A DNA stretch of 64,000 nt, from positions 1 to 64,000 of the IMG/VR virus record IMGVR_UViG_3300031658_000002. One strand, 5' to 3'. Below are positions 57,580 through 64,000 of this stretch, one piece after another. The notes beneath the pieces were generated by a model. The model saw only the letters and a program-made list of their open reading frames with translations, was not told the origin of the DNA and searched no databases. The DNA is from a virus. The stretch's first letter is position 1, and every line of letters begins with the position of its first letter. The translations under genes were made by a program, and so were the position numbers.

Positions 57580-58748
57580 TATCTAGTCACCTTGAATATA
57601 TCTTTAATTGGATAGTAACCAATTATATCTGTCGTACTTCCTTTTGCTTTAAGCTTTATTTCTATCTGGTAATATCTTTCAGGTGATAGATTTGATGTAA
57701 AAACTTCAAAGTAGTTACCATTTGAATCACAGCTGATTTTAGTAAAGGTATCGTCATAAGGTATTACAGTTTCTCCTGTCCTAAGGTCTTTAACTGAATA
57801 GAATGCTGAACCAGAGGGCATATACTTAACCTTCAGCTCTGCTGAGGTATTCCCATATGTCTTTGCAGGATATTTTTCTCTACCTATAATTCTGAACTTA
57901 GCTTTTTCGCCTAATTTGTAATCTGCTCTGTTGTTTTTTAGATACATAAATATAGATGAAGGGTCATCTGTTGATAGTTCAGATAGACCAGTGGTTACAA
58001 ACTTAGAATCATCCCAGCAGAATTCTAAACGAGGCTGATATATTGTATGCGTCTCTGTAGAGTAATATTTAAAACTGCCCTGTTTGTTTACATCGGCTTC
58101 TATTGCGTCTGGCCTTTTTATTAAAAAGCCATTGTTTTTTATATGATCTAAACCGTTAACACCTGAAGACATTGTCATTTTAGTAGTCCAATAAGAAACA
58201 TCTTGTCTTATATCTAAGTTAGCTCCACTTGCAGAAGTGTAACTAGCGAATATGGCAGGGTTGGCTGCTATAGAATGTGTTGAACAACCAGGTTGGTTTA
58301 TGCCAAGATTGTTTTCCCATAGTGACTGACCATACTTTACTGGATAGCTCCAACTAGCACCTTCTGTTACAAGAGGTTTATTGCCTACTCTACCAATACC
58401 CACATTCCATGATTGTGATACTGCTTTAATCTCTAACTTGTCATCCAAAGCCAGGCTTTCATCTTTATTTGCTGAATATATTCTTACGAACGTTGTTGGT
58501 GGTGAAAACTTAGTACCGTCAGGATTTTTAAATGTGTTTACAGTATCAGACCCAGAGTACATAGTAAGAGGTATATCAAACTTTACTATAAATCTAGAAT
58601 TGAAGGGACCTGCACCTAATGACCCTGACATGTCTTTATTTATTTCCAGTATCTCATCTATGCCTGCATTCATGCTCGAAGAGAATGGGCCTTCTTTCAC
58701 TTTTTCGTATAATGTTGTGTCAGCTGATGCTGTTATTGAATATATCAT
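57579..58748 (-). CDS. Baseplate-associated structural protein (beta-sandwich, DNRLRE-like)
   Basis: ASADTTLYE, SRFIVKFD, SW..G.G, NNGFLIK, YSTETHTIYQPRLEF. Confidence 0.55.
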   Translation of the reverse strand: MIYSITASADTTLYEKVKEGPFSSSMNAGIDEILEINKDMSGSLGAGPFNSRFIVKFDIPLTMYSGSDTVNTFKNPDGTKFSPPTTFVRIYSANKDESLALDDKLEIKAVSQSWNVGIGRVGNKPLVTEGASWSYPVKYGQSLWENNLGINQPGCSTHSIAANPAIFASYTSASGANLDIRQDVSYWTTKMTMSSGVNGLDHIKNNGFLIKRPDAIEADVNKQGSFKYYSTETHTIYQPRLEFCWDDSKFVTTGLSELSTDDPSSIFMYLKNNRADYKLGEKAKFRIIGREKYPAKTYGNTSAELKVKYMPSGSAFYSVKDLRTGETVIPYDDTFTKISCDSNGNYFEVFTSNLSPERYYQIEIKLKAKGSTTDIIGYYPIKDIFKVTR

Positions 58749-58750
58749 TT

Positions 58751-60673
58751 TTAATATCCTACGATTCTACCTTTAATATCGGTATCTAAATTTTTAACTT
58801 CAAACAGACATGGATCTTGCGAAGGATATACAACTCCATCTCTTGTCGCTCCCTTTATATCATATATGTTTCCACTATATCCAGATGCAATATCAAATAG
58901 GTTAAATATTCTTAAACTCTTAACTGTCTGCACACCTTCCACTTTATCTAGCTCTGTAGCTATATTTGGCAATACTATAGGTTCGTTTATAGACCAGTTA
59001 TCCGGATCAAATATACATCTTAGTTTTTTAACACATCTTAACAATACATCCTTGTTTTGAAAGCCAGGTCTTGGTAAAATACCAAAGTCTACGCCTATGT
59101 TTATTATCCATGCATCTTTTATATTTATTGCATCCGTTAACATTCTATATTGAGAAAGATATGTCTGCATATTCTCTTTAGCTAAAGGTGTTAAAGGTAC
59201 ATAGTTTTTATTGTCATCATAAGTAGCTGTATATAAGTTTAATGCTAATGGATTTTTTATCTCGTGTGTACCTACAGTCTGCATCCAGTATTGTTCATCT
59301 TTATCTAGATAAGCTTTTGCAACTGATCCGTATTTAGCGGGCATTGCATAGATTCTTGCAATATAATCTTCTCTAGTTACAGCTCTGTTCTGTGAGGCAA
59401 AATGTCCAAGAGCGTTCTGTTTAATATCATCTGTTGTCTCTGCCGATCGACCTCCTACTGCTGGTCTTATGTTTATAACAGCTAGCGATTTCTTTACTGT
59501 ATCTAAAGTACCTGCGTTTAATCCATCTTCGTCTAACCATGCTGAAGATTCTATTATTGTGTCAATTTTTCTTGCAGCTACGTTAGAACCTATACCGCCA
59601 CCAGCAATATACTTTACAGTAAGCGTTGTATCTCTAGGTGCCTCCCCATATTGTCTAGTAAACATTGTATTTACAGGATCAAACGCAACATCGATATAAC
59701 TGCTTCCGTTTATAAAATTCTGAGCTGTGTTACCATAAGGTAATGCCATTCCAACATTACTAGGACTAGGAACTATAAGTTCGTCCGGTTGAGTTGAGAT
59801 TCCAGAACCAAACCACAGCTGAGTTATATTATCAGCTTTAACATGTGTTGTAAATCTACGGCCAGTTCTTCTTAATTTAAGAATATACGGAGCGTCATAG
59901 TTATATACAGCCATTGCAGGGTCTGATGTCCAGTTATTTATTACATCTTCAAATATATTGTCTTGTGCAAGATATTCTACTTCACTCCAATTATTACCGT
60001 CAGAATCTTTTACTGACAGTACTGAAACTACGTTGTCTAAGCTTAATGATAGTTTATCAAATTTCTTTGGTGTTGTAAATTCAAAAGTCTCAGTCTCTAA
60101 CTTTCCACTCATAGCACTTACATCTTTTTTCAGCAAATAGTAAGTTGGTTCACCTGATACATTGTCAATTTGATATACAGATGTTTCTGTTGGGTTTCTA
60201 GAACTACTTGAATTAAAGTTTACTGTATCTTGAGTTATGAATTCGTGATCGCCGCTTGTGACTACCATACCTTCGGCTACTTCCATTGCATAAGACATAT
60301 CAGGTCTTCCAGAACTACCTGCTCCAATTGCTGGCACTACTTGATATACTGATAATTCTGCTAATGAAGGTACTGAGGGCTTTACGGAATATCCTAGAGC
60401 TCTTGCTAAGTCTACAACATTATCTCTTTCTTCAGCATGCATCAACAAGCTTTCTTTAAGCTGGTCGTCTACATAGTATGATAAAACATCACCTACGTAT
60501 GATGCCATTTCTATAAACATCATCCCTGGAGAAGACTCATTGAAGTCGTTGTATGTTTCAGGAAAATATGATTTAGCGTAATTAACTAAGTCGCTTCTAA
60601 ATCTTCCAAAATCTTTATTAAGATACTTTATATCTTTTGTTTGTTTTTTATCTATGTTACAATCGTTAGCCAT
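58751..60673 (-). CDS. Baseplate wedge protein (T4 gp6 / baseplate J-like)
   Basis: YLNKDF...YFPETYNDF...GMMFIEMASYVGDVLSYYVD, FGSG, GG.SAET, QNRAVTREDY. Confidence 0.92.
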   Translation of the reverse strand: MANDCNIDKKQTKDIKYLNKDFGRFRSDLVNYAKSYFPETYNDFNESSPGMMFIEMASYVGDVLSYYVDDQLKESLLMHAEERDNVVDLARALGYSVKPSVPSLAELSVYQVVPAIGAGSSGRPDMSYAMEVAEGMVVTSGDHEFITQDTVNFNSSSSRNPTETSVYQIDNVSGEPTYYLLKKDVSAMSGKLETETFEFTTPKKFDKLSLSLDNVVSVLSVKDSDGNNWSEVEYLAQDNIFEDVINNWTSDPAMAVYNYDAPYILKLRRTGRRFTTHVKADNITQLWFGSGISTQPDELIVPSPSNVGMALPYGNTAQNFINGSSYIDVAFDPVNTMFTRQYGEAPRDTTLTVKYIAGGGIGSNVAARKIDTIIESSAWLDEDGLNAGTLDTVKKSLAVINIRPAVGGRSAETTDDIKQNALGHFASQNRAVTREDYIARIYAMPAKYGSVAKAYLDKDEQYWMQTVGTHEIKNPLALNLYTATYDDNKNYVPLTPLAKENMQTYLSQYRMLTDAINIKDAWIINIGVDFGILPRPGFQNKDVLLRCVKKLRCIFDPDNWSINEPIVLPNIATELDKVEGVQTVKSLRIFNLFDIASGYSGNIYDIKGATRDGVVYPSQDPCLFEVKNLDTDIKGRIVGY

Positions 60674-61182
60674 TATAATTCACCTATATCTAGTGCGATT
60701 GACTGCATATCCATAGTGTTACCTTTGAATAAAGACCAATCGATTTTTATGTTCATTCTATTTTCATTTGCTTGCGTAAAATTAACCAGTACGCTTTTAA
60801 GATCTACATAAGGAAGCCATACCGATACTTGTTTTTTTATAAGTTTTTCTAAATCCTCTCTAACAACTTTAGTATTGTTTTCAAACAAAGTCTTGAAAAT
60901 GTCACATCCGAATTCAGGGTGCATTGGTCTCTCACCTCTGTTTGTTAGTACTAAGTTTATTAAATTTGATTTAGTCTGATCGATTGTAGTATAAGACTGT
61001 TTAAAACCTCCACTGTTCTGACCTTTAACACTTGTATTATGAGGTAAAGGTGCCGACATCTTTGTTTCATAGCTGTACCTACGCTCAGCACTAGAATCGT
61101 TAGTAAGAGGTAGAGTAAGACCTATTGCAATGTCTCTTTCAAAATCTAAAGGATTAAATTTATATATAGGTCTTTTTCTCAT
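60673..61182 (-). CDS. Baseplate wedge gp25-like (sheath initiator)
   Basis: NLINLVLTNRGERPMHPEFGCDIFKTLFE...WLPYV. Confidence 0.92.
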   Translation of the reverse strand: MRKRPIYKFNPLDFERDIAIGLTLPLTNDSSAERRYSYETKMSAPLPHNTSVKGQNSGGFKQSYTTIDQTKSNLINLVLTNRGERPMHPEFGCDIFKTLFENNTKVVREDLEKLIKKQVSVWLPYVDLKSVLVNFTQANENRMNIKIDWSLFKGNTMDMQSIALDIGEL

Positions 61183-61571
61183 TACTTAAATCTTTTCACT
61201 AATTCTGAATAATCTCTTGTCAATGCTTTATCTAAACCATCTGGCAAAGCTTGAACATCAACTGGTCTGTTATTCATATCTGTATGTTGTGTAACCCCGC
61301 CTCCTTGCATTGAGGAGAATTTACTTCTTAAACTATCTACTGAAACTTCAGGATAAGGTTCGAATTCAGTCGAAGCTCTTGTCTCGTTAAGTATTTCATT
61401 CAACATAGAATTACTTGTATAGTTTTTTCCTGCGCTTGGTTTTCTTCTTTTCAACACTGGCTTTTTTTGCTCCAACATATTAAGTGCCTCGTTCATTTCG
61501 TTTTGAACAGCTGATTTTATTTCAAGCCTAACAACCTGTTTAATGAGTTTTACTAATTCTTTCTTTGTCAT
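61182..61571 (-). CDS. Hypothetical protein
   Basis: GGAG SD; MTKKELVKLIKQVVRLEI leader; LNEILNET; ALTRDYSELV. Confidence 0.7.
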   Translation of the reverse strand: MTKKELVKLIKQVVRLEIKSAVQNEMNEALNMLEQKKPVLKRRKPSAGKNYTSNSMLNEILNETRASTEFEPYPEVSVDSLRSKFSSMQGGGVTQHTDMNNRPVDVQALPDGLDKALTRDYSELVKRFK

Positions 61572-61593
61572 ATATGTACTCCATTACTTTATA

Positions 61594-61601
61594 TATAAAT
61601 A
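61594..61601 (-). promoter_or_regulatory. Putative late promoter motif TATTTATA
   Basis: Upstream of 61571. Confidence 0.6.
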
Positions 61602-61617
61602 TATAAAAAATACGTTT

Positions 61618-62097
61618 TTACACCCAAGGGCCTGCGGCACCTGATGGTATATTTACCCATGTCCCAGATTGTACCCAAGTGGCTATTGAGTTACCAACAT
61701 TTTGGGCCCAGTCAGTATGGCCTAGTCCGTCCATACCTGCTGAGAATTGAGCTGCTATTGGAGCTTGCATTGGCGGTACTGCAGCATGTAGTGGCAGCAT
61801 CCCTAAAGCCAAAGTGGCATAAAAAACATCTATTGACGCTACTAGCATATCCCCTGCTGAATCATTGCTAGTACTCCAGCCAGCGAGCATCCCGTACATA
61901 GCCCCTTCAGCTGCAGCTATAGTTACAGATGGTGGGAATATTGCTGCTGATGCAAGCTTCATAGATTCAGACCAACCTTTTGCAGTTCCTGGAGATGCTA
62001 CCTCTGAAATATCTCCAGATGCTGGTGAGTATAGCATACTTTCCGAATCAAAGTATTTTGCCATGTTCATTTGAAATATAGGTACTAAAAAAGGCAT
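61618..62097 (-). CDS. Hypothetical protein following the spike gene
   Basis: Likely start ATG 62097 (TAATG overlap), MPFLVPIF...; the longer track ORF overlaps the spike gene. Confidence 0.6.
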   Translation of the reverse strand: MPFLVPIFQMNMAKYFDSESMLYSPASGDISEVASPGTAKGWSESMKLASAAIFPPSVTIAAAEGAMYGMLAGWSTSNDSAGDMLVASIDVFYATLALGMLPLHAAVPPMQAPIAAQFSAGMDGLGHTDWAQNVGNSIATWVQSGTWVNIPSGAAGPWV

Positions 62098-63137
62098 TAT
62101 TGTTGCATCGCTTCCATTTGAGCCTTCAACATTCCGTATACAGCTGCCTGCACTGGTGGAGCTGACATACCACAAGCTGTAGGGTGTGTCTCCATCTCTA
62201 AATTTGTTAACATCTCTAAAACAATATCAGCAAGTGCACTTACGTTTAACTTCCATGATGCAGTTGAAAGACCGATTTCTTTTTTAGCTGAAAGTATTAT
62301 ATTTTCAGTCTTGGAATTGAATACAAGTCTGTCTGAGTTTATTATTACTTGTGAAGTACCTGTATATTCACCTACAGCGACCATAGGTGAAGGTCCTCCT
62401 GAAGGTACTGGTACTGTCTCATCAGCTATAGCGTTTGCAGGTATAAGATCTATCTTCTGAGTCTTTGTTAGCATTATAGTTGAGTCGTTTTCGTTTATAT
62501 CTTCTATATGAGAATCACCCGTATCAGCATGGCCATTTGATATGATCATTATAGGATCTCCGTCTGTACCACCTACCGACCATGTGTTCTCTGGCTTACC
62601 TGCAACTGCAGTTGCGCCAAGTCTAATACTATTATCAAATCTACCTTGCATTACTGTATCGCCTTCATAATGCTGTAGTGGAGCTACCTCTTTTTCTACA
62701 AATGTTTCTCCCAATGTGTCATTGACAAAGTTTTTTGGATTGAATGCTATATTAGGCACAGCATTAGAGTTTATGTCACCCCACATATTAACAACTGACA
62801 GCCAATAGTAACCTGTATCTTTTGGGTTTATCATTGCGCCTAAAGTTGCTGCTCTTAATAAAACTACAACTTCACCTTTGAGTGGATATGATGTTATGTT
62901 TTTATTTAAAGGAGGTATCCAGTGTCCTTGTATCTCGTCTGCAAGAGCATAGTCTACCTGCTCACCTAATAGCTTTACTTTTACATATCCCAAGTCTGCA
63001 CCTGGTGTATCTGTCTTATACCATTGATGGTCTGGATTCATTACGACATCTACAACTTCACCCGATGCTACTGGGGGATTACTAGCTGCATTAGCATTAG
63101 TAAACTTAGCCGAACTTCCTTTATCTCCAAAACCCAT
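62097..63137 (-). CDS. Baseplate central spike (gp5/gpV-like, no lysozyme domain)
   Basis: OB-fold-like GEVVDV...YPLKGEVVVL...YYW; QGRFDNSIRLG; QVIINSDRLVFNSK beta-helix; C-terminal THPT. Confidence 0.65.
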   Translation of the reverse strand: MGFGDKGSSAKFTNANAASNPPVASGEVVDVVMNPDHQWYKTDTPGADLGYVKVKLLGEQVDYALADEIQGHWIPPLNKNITSYPLKGEVVVLLRAATLGAMINPKDTGYYWLSVVNMWGDINSNAVPNIAFNPKNFVNDTLGETFVEKEVAPLQHYEGDTVMQGRFDNSIRLGATAVAGKPENTWSVGGTDGDPIMIISNGHADTGDSHIEDINENDSTIMLTKTQKIDLIPANAIADETVPVPSGGPSPMVAVGEYTGTSQVIINSDRLVFNSKTENIILSAKKEIGLSTASWKLNVSALADIVLEMLTNLEMETHPTACGMSAPPVQAAVYGMLKAQMEAMQQ

Positions 63138-63475
63138 TATTTATTGTCCTCTAAATCCTGGACTGAACTTAATAATTGCTTCTTCTCATCTTCAGTAAGT
63201 AATCCTGTTGAGTTTTCACTCTCAGGTCTTCCCATTGCCCTCTGTACAATTGCAGCCATCTTTATCAAATGCTCATCATTCTTTACACTGACTTCCAAGT
63301 ACTCTTTTATTATCGGTACTAATATTGTTGCATCACCCATATTCTTTATCATGGGCTGCAGCTGTAGTATCAATTCGTTTATCTGTTTTTCTTTCTTTGT
63401 GGAATTGTTGTATATATCTTGGAGTAAACTTTCAAAAGATTTACCTTCAAATATATGATCTTCACTTATTGCCAT
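63137..63475 (-). CDS. Hypothetical helical protein
   Basis: AGGAG SD; IFEGKSF..LLQDIY, VKNDEHLIKMAAIVQR. Confidence 0.7.
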   Translation of the reverse strand: MAISEDHIFEGKSFESLLQDIYNNSTKKEKQINELILQLQPMIKNMGDATILVPIIKEYLEVSVKNDEHLIKMAAIVQRAMGRPESENSTGLLTEDEKKQLLSSVQDLEDNK

Positions 63476-63494
63476 TATCTTTCTCCTATTTATA

Positions 63495-63502
63495 TATAAA
63501 TA
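63495..63502 (-). promoter_or_regulatory. Putative late promoter motif TATTTATA
   Basis: Just after a terminator, at the start of the baseplate operon. Confidence 0.6.
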
Positions 63503-63505
63503 TAC

Positions 63506-63539
63506 AAAACAAAAAACCTGGAGCTTATGCCCCAGGTTT
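63506..63539 (-). terminator. Intrinsic terminator after the small membrane protein gene
   Basis: AAACCTGG...CCAGGTTT stem plus T-tract on the minus strand. Confidence 0.75.
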
Positions 63540-63561
63540 CTTTAAATATAACGATTGTAAT

Positions 63562-63786
63562 TTACTTCTTAATAAAGAATGACCCTACAATTACTAATAC
63601 TACCAACCCTGCAAATCCACCTTGTCCTAGTGAGTTTACAAGAGAGGTTAAGTTAGCAATTACGTCCATTCCAAATACAGTTCCGCCTGTTAAGACAGTC
63701 CATAAGATTGTTACTGGTAAAATTGTCATCATCACTGATAATAATCCACCGAAAAATCCATTTACATATTTGATTACTGAATCCAT
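63562..63786 (-). CDS. Small membrane protein (two hydrophobic helices)
   Basis: GLLSVMMTILPVTILWTVL and GFAGLVVLVIVGSFF; AGGAAG SD-like site. Confidence 0.75.
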   Translation of the reverse strand: MDSVIKYVNGFFGGLLSVMMTILPVTILWTVLTGGTVFGMDVIANLTSLVNSLGQGGFAGLVVLVIVGSFFIKK

Positions 63787-63854
63787 AATTTTCTCTTCCT
63801 TTTCTTTGTTGTTGTTTGGGCATTATTGCCAAGCGCGCAACTTCGTTTAGTTAA

Positions 63855-63998
63855 TTAAAATTTTAGACCAAATCCTAAAGTAAGATTCGTTGTTTTTGCT
63901 TCTGTGTTGTAAACTATTTTTGGGTCTACGTACACACCTTTATGTATAGTAAACATTTTACCTAAACCAATACTTAACGACTCTGTATCTAGTCCACT
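63855..63998 (-). CDS. C-terminus of an outer-membrane beta-barrel-like protein (5' end outside the window)
   Basis: Hand translation SGLDTESLSIGLGKMFTIHKGVYVDPKIVYNTEAKTTNLTLGFGLKF*: alternating hydrophobic strands and terminal Phe beta-signal. Confidence 0.6.
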   Translation of the reverse strand, partial: SGLDTESLSIGLGKMFTIHKGVYVDPKIVYNTEAKTTNLTLGFGLKF

Positions 63999-64000
63999 TG

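Noticed and set aside
2348-63850. Numerous plus-strand ORFs in the track (e.g. 8385-9038, 20076-20588, 26676-27191, 55445-55894)
   Set aside because: Nearly all lie antisense to well-supported minus-strand genes, lack recognisable motifs and have shadow-frame composition
63787-63854. Possible tRNA or ncRNA in the intergenic gap
   Set aside because: Only a short imperfect hairpin (TTGGGCA-TTAT-TGCCAA); no cloverleaf or T-loop motif
1-64000. Alternative genetic code (stop-codon reassignment as in some large phages)
   Set aside because: Core genes are full length in the standard code, and TAA, TAG and TGA all serve as stops

Overview
A 64-kb, AT-rich, gene-dense segment of a large T4-like (contractile-tailed) bacteriophage genome in the standard genetic code, with every credible gene on the minus strand. 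In transcription order (right to left) it carries: the C-terminus of an outer-membrane beta-barrel-like protein and a small membrane protein; baseplate genes (spike, gp25-like, gp6/J-like, large wedge, tail-collar-like proteins); an inserted replication block (GIY-YIG, DnaG-type primase, fused Mre11-Rad50/SbcDC); tail fibres (one with a C-terminal S74 intramolecular chaperone); a P-loop kinase and a HIGH-nucleotidyltransferase/RNA-ligase-like fusion; holin, large terminase, portal, prohead protease and probable internal head proteins; a phage ribosomal protein bS21; scaffold, major capsid, PhoH, neck, tail terminator, sheath, tube, tail chaperone (with an unannotated frameshift extension), tape measure, hub proteins and a minimal family-A DNA polymerase. 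Two promoter-like motif classes are visible. TATTTATA (17 copies found by eye) precedes structural genes, most of which have strong AGGAG/GGAG Shine-Dalgarno (SD) sites. TTTGTTATATTA(G/T)ATA (3 copies, resembling the Bacteroidota TAnnTTTG element) precedes polA, primase and bS21, all of which lack an SD. The main hypothesis is a translational switch: an insulated, SD-independent phage bS21 that appears to lack the Bacteroidota anti-SD-occluding Tyr would reprogram host ribosomes to read SD-led late mRNAs. Product calls come from motif recognition and synteny only; no database searches were run, and the host assignment is inference.
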